Source: Megasphaera elsdenii DSM 20460 (GTDB lineage Bacteria > Bacillota > Negativicutes > Veillonellales > Megasphaeraceae). From it: a stretch of DNA of 32,000 nucleotides. The stretch is from the NCBI RefSeq assembly GCF_003010495.1, contig NZ_CP027570.1, positions 120,001 to 152,000 on the forward strand, written 5' to 3'. Shown in pieces: positions 1 through 8,622 of the stretch (within the stretch, counting starts at the first letter, position 1; each line of letters starts with the position of its first letter). The notes under the pieces were generated by a model, which worked only from the letters and a program-made list of their open reading frames with translations, was not told the origin of the DNA and made no database searches. Made by a program: the position numbers and the translations under genes.

Positions 1-567
1 GTAAAGCTGTTTGTAATGCTTTTCGTTCAGCAAGACTATTTTAACATATTCTCGCGTTTCTGAAAAGGGGATTTTTTCAATTTCTTGAAAATCTTTTTTC
101 CAGCCATATTTCCGGATCCACGAGTCGACATGTCCCCGGCCGGCATTATACGCAGCCAAGGCCAGTACTTGATTCCCATCGTATTCCTTCAATAAGTAGG
201 CCAGATACCAGGTTCCCAACCTGATGTTTGTACGGACGTCGTTGAGTTTATCAGGCGTGTAGTCAGTCATCCCCATTTCATCGGCAATCCATTGTGCCGT
301 GTCGGGCATGACCTGCATGAGGCCGTGAGCACCGGGCTGCGAAGCAGCGCGTTCGTCGAACTTGCTTTCCACTAAGATGACCGACGCTACCAGGGCGGGG
401 TCGACTTTGTCTTCATACGCATACTGCCGGACCAGGTAATCATACTGGAGGGGGTATACGAACTTCCGCATGACATCATCTTTCCAAGAATAAAAGTACG
501 ATGCGGACAGACAAATCAACAATGCCGCTATGATGATTTTCCCTTTGGTGCTTGCTCTTTTTCTCAA
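1..567 (-). CDS. Lytic transglycosylase (SLT/GH23 domain), membrane-anchored; 3' end runs off the window
   Basis: Absent from the ORF track because there is no stop in the window. Hand translation of the minus strand starts at TTG (565-567) with SD GGAGAAG (rc of 571-577). It gives (M)RKRASTKGKIIIAALLICLSASYF (TM anchor), then SLT motifs VESKFD, GAHGLMQVMP and AYNAGRGHV. The frame stays open to base 1. Confidence 0.8.
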   Translation of the reverse strand, partial: MRKRASTKGKIIIAALLICLSASYFYSWKDDVMRKFVYPLQYDYLVRQYAYEDKVDPALVASVILVESKFDERAASQPGAHGLMQVMPDTAQWIADEMGMTDYTPDKLNDVRTNIRLGTWYLAYLLKEYDGNQVLALAAYNAGRGHVDSWIRKYGWKKDFQEIEKIPFSETREYVKIVLLNEKHYKQLY

Positions 568-577
568 CGTCTTCTCC

Positions 578-1186
578 CTACCCTTTGATGCGGTCCATCA
601 AGGCCTGCCATGCGACGAGCACCTGTTTCTGCGTCTCTTCCGGAGAGCCGGTATTGTCGATGATGACCTGGGCTAACGACCGTTTTTTGTCGATAGGAAG
701 CTGTGCATGAATCCGTGCCAGTGCTTCACTTTCGGAATAGCCGTTCCGCTTCATCAGCCGCGTAAGCTGCGTCACCGGATCGACGTACACCAGCCACGTT
801 TCGTCAACGTACGAATCGTATTTTACCTCATAAAGCAGGGGCATGTCAAGGAAAATGACAGGATTTTTTTTATTTTCTTCAATTTTTTTGATTTCTTCGT
901 CGATACCGGCATGGATGAGGGGGAAAAGAATGGCTTCAAGCTGCGCTTTCTTCGCCTTATCGCCAAAAACGACACTGCCGATGTAAGCCCGGTCCATGGA
1001 GCCGTCAGGCAAAAGTGTCTTCGGCCCAAAAGCCGCGGCGACGGCCGCCAGTCCTTCCGAACCCGGTTCGACGACGTCGTGGGCGATGACGTCGCAGTCG
1101 ACGATACCTGCCCCCAATCCGCGCAACATGGTGACGACCGTACTCTTGCCGGAGGCAATGCCGCCGGTCAGGCCAATATGTAACAT
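578..1186 (-). CDS. coaE: Dephospho-CoA kinase
   Basis: 202 aa with the N-terminal P-loop GLTGGIASGKST typical of CoaE. Length and overall pattern fit the family. Confidence 0.95.
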   Translation of the reverse strand: MLHIGLTGGIASGKSTVVTMLRGLGAGIVDCDVIAHDVVEPGSEGLAAVAAAFGPKTLLPDGSMDRAYIGSVVFGDKAKKAQLEAILFPLIHAGIDEEIKKIEENKKNPVIFLDMPLLYEVKYDSYVDETWLVYVDPVTQLTRLMKRNGYSESEALARIHAQLPIDKKRSLAQVIIDNTGSPEETQKQVLVAWQALMDRIKG

Positions 1187-1381
1187 AAGAATCGCTCCTT
1201 CCGAAAATATCTATTTCTTCCATTATAACGGCTGATACCGGGTCTGTCCATGACACGATGAGAAGAATTGTCACAACTTCTGCGCCGTTTCGTAGAAAAT
1301 CCGTAAAATCGTCAGGTCATTTAGGATTTATTTATATTTCTCCTGTATACTATAGATAAAGATATACATAGGAGGTAAGTT

Positions 1382-3058
1382 ATGACTGACGCAATCCGCC
1401 GCCATCGGCACTTTTTGATGGGCCTCTTCATCGCTGCTGCGGCCTTTCTCTATCTGGCCCATATCGGGTCGTATCATCTCATCGAGCTCGACGAAGGGCG
1501 CTATCACCGGGTCGCCATGGAAATGGTCCTCTCCGGCGACTACATCACGCCCCATTTCGACTATATGCCCTATTTCGAGAAACCTATTTTCCAATACTGG
1601 ATCACGGCCCTGTCCATGGAACTCTTCGGCTTCCGTGAATTCACAGGCCGCATCCTGCCGGCCCTGACGGGTCTTGGAAACGTCTTCCTGGCTTTCTGGC
1701 TGGGCCGCACCATGTACGGCCGGCGCACGGGAATCCTCGCCGCCATCATCGTAGCTACGTCGGCGCTGCAGCTCATCGTCGCCTCTATCGGCGTCATGGA
1801 CATGGCCCTGACCTTTTTCATCGACGCCTGCCTGGTCTCGTTCTACGTCTTCGAGCGGACGGAAAACAAGAAGTACCTGCTCCTCTTCTATGCCGCCATG
1901 GGCTTCGGCATGCTCACGAAAGGCCTCATCGCCATCGTCTTCCCCGTTGGCATCCTCTTCTGGTATGCCCTGCTCAGCAAGCGGCCGCGCCTTTTCCTCA
2001 AGCTCTTCTACCTGCCGGGCATCGCCCTCTTCCTGGTCATCGCCATGCCCTGGTACTACCTGGTCTGCCAGAAGAATCCCGACTTCTTCTATTTCTTCTT
2101 CATCCGCGAGCACTTCCTGCGCTTCGCCACCAAGATGCACGAACGCTTCCATCCCTGGTACTACTTCGTCCCCGTCCTCATCGCCGGCCTCATGCCCTGG
2201 ACCGGCTTTCTGGCGACGTTCTTCAGTAAGGACGGGATTTTCCGCAAGCCCGGCTCCCTGCGGCACAAACAGGACCTGCTGCTGCTCTCCCTTTGGGCCG
2301 GCCTGATTTACGTCTTCTACAGCGTTTCCGACTCGAAACTGCCGACGTACATCCTGCCCTGCTGGCTGCCTTTGTCGGTCCTCCTGGCCGCATCCATCGA
2401 ACGGTGCCGTCACCAAGGGCGCTGGCTCGGCCACAGTTTTCTCATCAACGCCATCCTCTGCCTGCTGTTCACGGCAGCGGGCATCGTCTACCTCATGCAC
2501 ACGGATTTCCTGACCGTCGCCGACTTCCTGACCCATGGCGGCCTGCTTATAGCGTCGCTCCTCATCGGCACCCTGGCCGCGGCCTGGGTCTGGCACCGCA
2601 AGCGGGATTTCTTCTCCGTCCTGGTCATCCTCAGCGTCATGGCCTACGGCTTCGGCCTCGGCGCCCATCAGGTCCAAGGGCAGATCCATGACCACCAGAC
2701 GGCCTACACGGTCAGCCAGGACATCCGGGCCCTGCACGTCCCGGACAGCACGCCCATCATCATGTACGGCTCGTTCATGCCCGGCCTGGTCTATTACCTG
2801 GACCGGCCCATCGCCGCCGGCAACTTCATGGGCGAACTGGAATTTGGCATCCATCATACGGACCGGACAGGCATGTACTACGACAGCCAGGACCTGTATG
2901 ACCGCTGGAACAGCGATGAACCGGCCGTCATCGTCGTCCAGCCGAAATACCGCGACGAAGCCCTGCGCGTCCTGGGATCGGCCCCGGCCCAGCGCTTCGA
3001 CGTGGAAGACTACACGGTCCTCCTGAACCGGGCCGCCGCGGGAGGTGACAAGCGATGA
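1382..3058 (+). CDS. ArnT-like GT-C membrane glycosyltransferase (GT39/GT83, PMT_2 type)
   Basis: 558 aa and polytopic. The N-terminal segment ELDEGRYHRVAMEMVLSGDYITPHFDYMPYFEKPIFQYWI resembles the ArnT/PMT signature (DExRYAEisreM...G.w..P...g..YFEKP). Strong SD TAGGAGG precedes the ATG. Confidence 0.85.
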   Translation: MTDAIRRHRHFLMGLFIAAAAFLYLAHIGSYHLIELDEGRYHRVAMEMVLSGDYITPHFDYMPYFEKPIFQYWITALSMELFGFREFTGRILPALTGLGNVFLAFWLGRTMYGRRTGILAAIIVATSALQLIVASIGVMDMALTFFIDACLVSFYVFERTENKKYLLLFYAAMGFGMLTKGLIAIVFPVGILFWYALLSKRPRLFLKLFYLPGIALFLVIAMPWYYLVCQKNPDFFYFFFIREHFLRFATKMHERFHPWYYFVPVLIAGLMPWTGFLATFFSKDGIFRKPGSLRHKQDLLLLSLWAGLIYVFYSVSDSKLPTYILPCWLPLSVLLAASIERCRHQGRWLGHSFLINAILCLLFTAAGIVYLMHTDFLTVADFLTHGGLLIASLLIGTLAAAWVWHRKRDFFSVLVILSVMAYGFGLGAHQVQGQIHDHQTAYTVSQDIRALHVPDSTPIIMYGSFMPGLVYYLDRPIAAGNFMGELEFGIHHTDRTGMYYDSQDLYDRWNSDEPAVIVVQPKYRDEALRVLGSAPAQRFDVEDYTVLLNRAAAGGDKR

Positions 3059-3990
3059 AACAAATAGATATCCTCGTCCCCTGCTATAACGAAGAAGCCG
3101 TCCTGCCCCAGTTCTACGAAAGGACGTGCGCCGTCATCGACAGCCTGCCAGACTACGCCTTCACCTTCATCTTCGTCAACGACGGCAGCCGCGACCGGAC
3201 CCTGCCCATTTTGCGCCAGCTCCACGAAAAAGATGCGCGCGTGGCCTACGTGTCCCTGTCGCGTAATTTCGGCAAGGAAGCGGCCATGCTGGCCGGCATG
3301 GACTACGCCGAAGGCGACGCCCTGGTCATCATGGACGCCGACCTCCAGGACCCGCCGGAACTGCTGCCGGACATGATTGCCTGGTGGGAAAAAGGCTACC
3401 GCGACGTCTCGGCCCGCCGGCGCCACCGTGAGGGGGAAACGTTCTTCAAGAAGTGGTCGAGCCACGTCTATTACCGCCTGCTGAAAAAGTTATCCCCTGT
3501 CCCGGTCCAGGAAGATGTCGGCGACTTCCGCCTTCTGGACAAACGCTGCGTCAAAGCCCTGTGCAGCCTGCGCGAATGTCAGCGCTACACGAAAGGCCTC
3601 TTCTGCTGGATTGGCTTTGAGAAGAAAGAAATCCTCTTCGACAGGCCGCCCCGGGCCGCGGGCAAGACCAAGTGGAACTACTGGAAACTCTTCAACCTGG
3701 CCATCGACGGCATTACCAGCTTCACGACGGCGCCCTTGCGCATCGCCGCCTTCGCCGGCTGCTTCTTCGCCTTCGTCGCCGCTATCTACCTCATCTTCAT
3801 TGTCCTGCGCACCCTGCTCTACGGCGAAGACGTCCCGGGCTACCCTTCCCTCATCTCCCTCATCCTCTTCATCGGCGGCGTCCAATTCACCTTCATGGGC
3901 ATCCTCGGCGAATACGTCGGCCGCATCTATAACGAAAGCAAAGGCCGCCCGCCATACATCGTCGGTGAGAGTACAAAAGAAAAAAAATAG
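3055..3990 (+). CDS. GT2 polyprenol-phosphate glycosyltransferase (GtrB/ArnC/DPM1-like)
   Basis: 311 aa. Motifs: ILVPCYNEE, FVNDGSRD, MDADLQDPPE (DxD region), two C-terminal TM helices and GEYVGRIY. The start overlaps the upstream stop (ATGA at 3055-3058), implying translational coupling. Confidence 0.9.
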   Translation: MKQIDILVPCYNEEAVLPQFYERTCAVIDSLPDYAFTFIFVNDGSRDRTLPILRQLHEKDARVAYVSLSRNFGKEAAMLAGMDYAEGDALVIMDADLQDPPELLPDMIAWWEKGYRDVSARRRHREGETFFKKWSSHVYYRLLKKLSPVPVQEDVGDFRLLDKRCVKALCSLRECQRYTKGLFCWIGFEKKEILFDRPPRAAGKTKWNYWKLFNLAIDGITSFTTAPLRIAAFAGCFFAFVAAIYLIFIVLRTLLYGEDVPGYPSLISLILFIGGVQFTFMGILGEYVGRIYNESKGRPPYIVGESTKEKK

Positions 3991-4020
3991 ATTCATCATA
4001 GGGAAGTCCCCTTCTCCCGG

Positions 4021-4974
4021 TCACATCTGATTGTCTAAGGAGCGGGCGGCGCATCGTTTCAATGTTTCGGCTTCGTCCGCAGCGATATGATAGTCCGTAT
4101 AAGGTATGACCTTCTCTTGGATGAATGTATCTGATTGCGCCAGTAATTTTTCTGGCTGCAGCTGGGGAGCCAGTTCTTCCAGTCCAGGATAGGCGTCGCC
4201 TTGATTCCAGTCATGCTGCCGATTATAGGGACAGGCGTCCTGGCAGCTGTCACACCCACAAATCCAAGTACTGCAGTTCTTATCATTCAGCCCCGGAGTG
4301 AGTTCTCCTTTGGCAAAGGTCGTGATAAAAGAGACACATTCCAGCGGGCTCATGGTAAACGGCCCTTTCAGGGCGCCGCTGGGACAATGGGTTTGACACA
4401 GATGACAACTTTCGGCGCAAGGTCGTATATCCGGTACATGATGACACCAGGCCTTCTGGTCTATCACATATCCCACCAGCTCCACAAAAGAACCTTTTTT
4501 CGTATAGAAAAAATTATTTTTGCGAATAATCCCCAGCCCTGCCATCATGGCCGCATATCGCAGGGGACCAATGCTGGGATGACCAAATTGGTCCCCTCCT
4601 TCACAGCGGATTCCCTGCTCCTTAAACCACGTTTCAAAGTCTCTGCGCGCAGTGAGACTCTCCTTACAGACACTATTACTGGGCGACAGGAAAAAGGCTT
4701 TGCCATATTTACCCTGCAGCGAAGGGGGAAAGCGGTACTTTCCTAACCAATACGTACCGATGATTACCGATTTTGCCCAAGGGAAGCGTTTCTTAATATT
4801 CGCAAAATCGCCCATTCCCTGATAAAAAAAGGCACTGGACGGGACTTTTTCTTCCCGTTCCTGTAACCGCTGTTGAAATCCATCCATATCATCTATCGGA
4901 ATGATGCCACAATCATCAAAACCACAGGCTAAGGCCTTCTCGTAAATGACTTGCCCTAATTTATCCGTATCCAT
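4021..4974 (-). CDS. QueG-like / reductive-dehalogenase-superfamily Fe-S protein (two 4Fe-4S motifs)
   Basis: 317 aa. Cys motifs CAESCHLCQTHCPSGA and CGCDSCQDACPYN resemble the QueG pair (C..C..C...CP and GCD.CQ..CPWN). It is shorter than canonical QueG as I recall it. SD AAGGAG lies 8 nt upstream. Confidence 0.7.
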   Translation of the reverse strand: MDTDKLGQVIYEKALACGFDDCGIIPIDDMDGFQQRLQEREEKVPSSAFFYQGMGDFANIKKRFPWAKSVIIGTYWLGKYRFPPSLQGKYGKAFFLSPSNSVCKESLTARRDFETWFKEQGIRCEGGDQFGHPSIGPLRYAAMMAGLGIIRKNNFFYTKKGSFVELVGYVIDQKAWCHHVPDIRPCAESCHLCQTHCPSGALKGPFTMSPLECVSFITTFAKGELTPGLNDKNCSTWICGCDSCQDACPYNRQHDWNQGDAYPGLEELAPQLQPEKLLAQSDTFIQEKVIPYTDYHIAADEAETLKRCAARSLDNQM

Positions 4975-4992
4975 GTTCAGCTCTCCTTATAT

Positions 4993-5006
4993 CGTGTATA
5001 TACACG
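4993..5006. promoter_or_regulatory. Perfect 14-bp palindrome CGTGTATATACACG; candidate MarR operator upstream of the QueG-like gene
   Basis: Read directly from the sequence. It lies 4 nt upstream of the SD of the 4021-4974 gene. A near-identical copy sits upstream of the marR gene. Confidence 0.5.
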
Positions 5007-5027
5007 TTAAAATAAAAAAATATATAT

Positions 5028-5462
5028 CTATCCCATTAGCTGGGCCAACAAATCTTCTAACTGGCTCATTTGCTTTTTTCCCAAACGGGATTCCAGTTGC
5101 TGCTGCGCTTGCTGCCAAGATTCATAGGCCTGCGCAAACACAGCTTGTCCCTGCCCTGTCAATTGAACGAGTCTTCGCCGCCCTGTAGAAGGAAGCGTTT
5201 CCAGCAATCCTCGTTTCGTAAGCAGCGTAATATTCCGGGAAAGAGTCGTCCGGTCCAAATTCATGGCTGAGGCTAATTCTGTAATTGATAGAGGGCCTAA
5301 TTCCTTACTATGCCAGAGAATAGAATACTGTTGCGCCGTAATCCCTGATTCTTGCAAATACTTGTCGTATAAAGCCGTGACGGCCAAGGTAACTTGCCGT
5401 AAATTGAAGCAATGACATTGCCGTAAATGAACTTTCTTGCTGGCATTACACTCTTGATTCAT
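5028..5462 (-). CDS. MarR-family transcriptional regulator
   Basis: 144 aa with a winged-HTH pattern (ITAQQYSILWHSKELGPLSITELASAMNLDRTTLSRNITLLTKRGLLE). SD AAGGAG lies 7 nt upstream. Confidence 0.9.
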   Translation of the reverse strand: MNQECNASKKVHLRQCHCFNLRQVTLAVTALYDKYLQESGITAQQYSILWHSKELGPLSITELASAMNLDRTTLSRNITLLTKRGLLETLPSTGRRRLVQLTGQGQAVFAQAYESWQQAQQQLESRLGKKQMSQLEDLLAQLMG

Positions 5463-5477
5463 GTCCTATCTCCTTAT

Positions 5478-5490
5478 CGTGTATATGCAC
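5478..5490. promoter_or_regulatory. Second copy of the palindromic box (CGTGTATATGCAC); candidate autoregulatory MarR operator
   Basis: Same context as the first copy: CTCCTTAT(AT)CGTGTATAT(A/G)CAC. On the minus strand it sits just downstream of the predicted -10, covering the likely transcription start. Confidence 0.5.
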
Positions 5491-5491
5491 T

Positions 5492-5520
5492 ATATTATCA
5501 TCAGCCACCGATTTCGTCAA
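5492..5520 (-). promoter_or_regulatory. Sigma-A-type promoter for marR
   Basis: Minus strand reads TTGACG (5515-5520), a 17-nt spacer, then TAATAT (5492-5497). Confidence 0.6.
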
Positions 5521-5572
5521 GAAGCAGTCAGCCCTTATTTGCTATCAAAAGGGACATCACAGGATAGGCCCT

Positions 5573-6457
5573 TTACAGCCATTCCTCACTGTGGCAGCAG
5601 ATGGATATGAGGTCCTGCATGGGTTGGGTCAGGTATTTATTCTTGTGGTGTACCAGGCGGAAATGGCGCTTGAATTCAAGATCTGGCAAGGGGAGCTCGA
5701 CGAGGCGGCCCGTTTTGATTTCGTCCTGGACCAGGCGGCGGGACAAGACGGCGAGCCCCAGGTTGGCCATGACGGCTTTCTTGATGGCTTCCGAATTGTT
5801 ATAGACGCCGACGACCTGACAGGTCAGGTGGTGTGCTTCCAGGACGCGCTCGAAGAGATCCCGCGTGCCGCTTCCCTGTTCGCGGACGAAGACGGGCAGG
5901 CCATCCAGGTCCTGTGGCGCTGTAATGGCCTTGCGGCTCCATTCGCTGTCCGGTGAGGCGATGAGGGTCAGATAATCCGTAAGGATGGGCCGGGATACGA
6001 GGTACGGCGACTGGATCCGTCCTTCGACGAGGGCCAGGTCCAATTTATCTTCGATCAGGAACTGCTCCAGCTCTTCCGTGTTGTGGATGGCCGACAAGAT
6101 AGACCAGTCAGGCCGCGTCCTGCGGCAATACGTCAGGAGCTCCACCAGGAAGATGTCGCCGATGGTGATGCTCGCGCCCAGGCGGATAGGCAATGAGCGC
6201 TGCATGGCTGTCAGGCTGTCTTCAGCCTGCTGGCAGAGCGATAAAATCTGATAGGCATACTGTTTCAAGTTCTCGCCGGCAGCGGTCAGGTAAATATGAC
6301 GACCCAGGCGTTCGAATAACAATATGCCGTAATGGTCTTCCATTTCATGGATGGCCTGGGTGACTGACGGCTGGCTGATGTGGAGCTGGCGGGCCGCTTC
6401 GGTCATGCTCAGCCGCTCGCAGACAGCCAGGAAAATGCGGAAATGGCGCAAGGTCAT
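5573..6457 (-). CDS. LysR-family transcriptional regulator (YeiE-like, divergent from yeiH)
   Basis: 294 aa. N-terminal HTH MTLRHFRIFLAVCERLSMTEAARQLHISQPSVTQAI, followed by a LysR substrate-binding domain of typical length. Classic divergent arrangement with a YeiH-family gene. Confidence 0.9.
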   Translation of the reverse strand: MTLRHFRIFLAVCERLSMTEAARQLHISQPSVTQAIHEMEDHYGILLFERLGRHIYLTAAGENLKQYAYQILSLCQQAEDSLTAMQRSLPIRLGASITIGDIFLVELLTYCRRTRPDWSILSAIHNTEELEQFLIEDKLDLALVEGRIQSPYLVSRPILTDYLTLIASPDSEWSRKAITAPQDLDGLPVFVREQGSGTRDLFERVLEAHHLTCQVVGVYNNSEAIKKAVMANLGLAVLSRRLVQDEIKTGRLVELPLPDLEFKRHFRLVHHKNKYLTQPMQDLISICCHSEEWL

Positions 6458-6582
6458 GGACTTCTCCTCCTCGATTCATAGGCAAATACTTATATATTAT
6501 ATTATATCCTAGTATTTTACTTATTGAAAGAGGCAGATTATACTGGAGTCATCTCAAATATCAGTATAGGAGTGACTTCATC

Positions 6583-7596
6583 ATGCATTTATCCACTATG
6601 ATCGACTGGCGCCACGCCCTGCTCGGTGTCGTCCTGACCCTGGCCTGTTCCCTGGCCGGCCAATCCCTGGCAGCCCTGCCGGGCTTTTCCCTCATAGGCC
6701 ATCTCGTCCTGGCCCTGCTATTGGGCATGGTCATCCAGGTCTGCCGTCCCGTCACCCTGGCAGCCCGGGAAAGTACGGGCTTCATTGCCAACAAATTTCT
6801 CCGGGCCGGCATCATCTTCCTGGGGTTCAAGCTGAATCTCATCGTCCTGGTCAGCGCCGGTCTGCAAAGTCTGGAAGCGGCAGTCTTTGTCGTCGCCATC
6901 ATGATTCCCCTCAATTACGCCGCCGCCCGTTTCCTGCGCGTCGACCACACCCTGGCCCTGCTCACGGCCTGTGGCTGCAGCATCTGCGGCGCCGCCGCCG
7001 TCATGGGCGTGTCCGGCGCCCTCAAGGCCAAGGCTGACCAGTCCGTCCTGGCCGTCGCCATCGTAGCCATCCTGGGCACGGTCTTTACACTCATCGAAGT
7101 CTTCGCCCAGCCCATCCTGGGCTTTACGGACAGCCAGTTCGGCGTCATGGCCGGCCTGAGTCTCCATGAAATCGCCCACGCCGTCGCCGCCGGCGGCAGT
7201 GCCGGCCCGGTCGGGACAGACAGCGCCATCATCGCCAAATTATCCCGCGTCCTGCTCCTGGCTCCGGTTGCCATCATCCTGGGCATCGTCGAAGCCTGGC
7301 GCCAGCGCCGTCAGTCCCAGGATAGGGATCAGAAATTCAAAGTCCCTATCCCCTGGTTCATGGGCGGCTTCATCGCAGCCAGTGCCATCGGCTCCTATAT
7401 CCCCGCCATCGGATCGGCCGTCCCCATGCTGGTCAAGATAGCTTACCTCATCCTGGGCATGGCCATGGCCGCCCTGGGCCTGAACGTCAACTTCTCAGTC
7501 ATCGCCAAAGAAGGCGTCCGCCCCATGGTCAGCGCCATCACCTGCTCCTTCGTCATCCTGGCCCTGTCCTGGTTCATCGTGCGCACGTGGTTCTAG
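6583..7596 (+). CDS. yeiH: YeiH/UPF0324-family integral membrane protein (putative sulfate exporter family)
   Basis: 337 aa and highly hydrophobic with many TM segments. Paired divergently with a LysR regulator, as in yeiE-yeiH. Confidence 0.8.
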   Translation: MHLSTMIDWRHALLGVVLTLACSLAGQSLAALPGFSLIGHLVLALLLGMVIQVCRPVTLAARESTGFIANKFLRAGIIFLGFKLNLIVLVSAGLQSLEAAVFVVAIMIPLNYAAARFLRVDHTLALLTACGCSICGAAAVMGVSGALKAKADQSVLAVAIVAILGTVFTLIEVFAQPILGFTDSQFGVMAGLSLHEIAHAVAAGGSAGPVGTDSAIIAKLSRVLLLAPVAIILGIVEAWRQRRQSQDRDQKFKVPIPWFMGGFIAASAIGSYIPAIGSAVPMLVKIAYLILGMAMAALGLNVNFSVIAKEGVRPMVSAITCSFVILALSWFIVRTWF

Positions 7597-7601
7597 GAAG
7601 T

Positions 7602-7644
7602 GCAGAAAAAGGCGCTGTCTTCATGCGACAGCGCCTTTTTCTGC
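7602..7644. terminator. Bidirectional rho-independent terminator between yeiH and mmuM
   Basis: Perfect 18-bp stem GCAGAAAAAGGCGCTGTC / GACAGCGCCTTTTTCTGC with the 7-nt loop TTCATGC. A-run and T-run flank the GC core on both strands. Confidence 0.85.
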
Positions 7645-7671
7645 AAACTACAAACTCTGTACTATAAACGA

Positions 7672-8622
7672 TTATTTTCCCGTATACGTTCTGCGGGCGG
7701 CGACGACTTGGCGGATGTGGTCGGCTACGGTCGTGCAGCAGCCGCCGACGGCGACGGCACCGGCTTTCATGTAGTCCAGGGCATAATCGCCAAAACGGCG
7801 GTCCGTCCCGACACCATGCCAGGTCTTGGTTTGCGGGTCATATTCTTCACCGCTGTTCGGATAGACGATGATCGGCAGGTCTGATGCCCCTTTCAATTCG
7901 CCGATGAGGCTGGCAATGTATTCCGGCTTCGTGCAGTTGACGCCGATGGCCTGCAGGTGCGGATAGTTACGGGCCAGCTGGCGGGCACAATCGGCCAGGA
8001 GCTGGCCTTCGCAGTTGTGGCGGCCGTCGCAGCAGGAAAAGCTGATCCAATAGGGGGCGCCCAGTTCTTCGGCGATCTGCGCTTCGACTTCCGCTTCCAT
8101 CAGGGACGGTTCCGTTTCAAAGAGCAGGACGTCGGCACCGGCCTGCCACAGGAGTTCCGCCCGGCGGCGATGGAAGTCCCGTAGCGTATCGGCACTGACG
8201 CCGTAATGGCCCTTATATTCGGACCCATCGGCCAAATAAGCCCCGTATGGGCCGGCACTGGCCAGACAGAGCGGCCAGGACCGGCCGGCCTGCTTCCCTT
8301 CGGCGTCCCACCATTCCTGGCGAGCGTCCAAAAAGACCTGGACTGCCCGGGTGATGAGGGCTTCTGCCTGTTCGCGGCTGTACCCCGTTTCCATCAGGCC
8401 CGGCAAAGAGGCCTGGTAACTGCAGGTAATGCCCGCATCGGCGCCGGCCCGGAAATACTGGATGTGGACTTCCTTGACCAGTTCCGGCCGGTCGGCTAGG
8501 ACGCGGGCCGTCCACAGTTTGTTGTTCAAATCGGCCCCGAGATTTTCCAAAGCTGTCCCCATGGAGCCGTCGAGGACCAGGATGCCCTCGCGGTCCAAAA
8601 TCTGTTTCAATGTACTTTTCAT
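7672..8622 (-). CDS. mmuM: Homocysteine S-methyltransferase
   Basis: 316 aa. N-terminus ILVLDGSMGTALE and C-terminal zinc-ligand motif GGCC (AVGGCCTT) are typical of the Hcy-binding domain. Confidence 0.9.
   Translation of the reverse strand: MKSTLKQILDREGILVLDGSMGTALENLGADLNNKLWTARVLADRPELVKEVHIQYFRAGADAGITCSYQASLPGLMETGYSREQAEALITRAVQVFLDARQEWWDAEGKQAGRSWPLCLASAGPYGAYLADGSEYKGHYGVSADTLRDFHRRRAELLWQAGADVLLFETEPSLMEAEVEAQIAEELGAPYWISFSCCDGRHNCEGQLLADCARQLARNYPHLQAIGVNCTKPEYIASLIGELKGASDLPIIVYPNSGEEYDPQTKTWHGVGTDRRFGDYALDYMKAGAVAVGGCCTTVADHIRQVVAARRTYTGK

Noticed and set aside
6458-6582. LysR T-N11-A box in the yeiE-like/yeiH intergenic region (for example ATAGGCAAATACTTAT).
   Set aside because: A loose dyad can be read, but the region is very A+T-rich with many equally good matches. 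That is not enough support to annotate a site.
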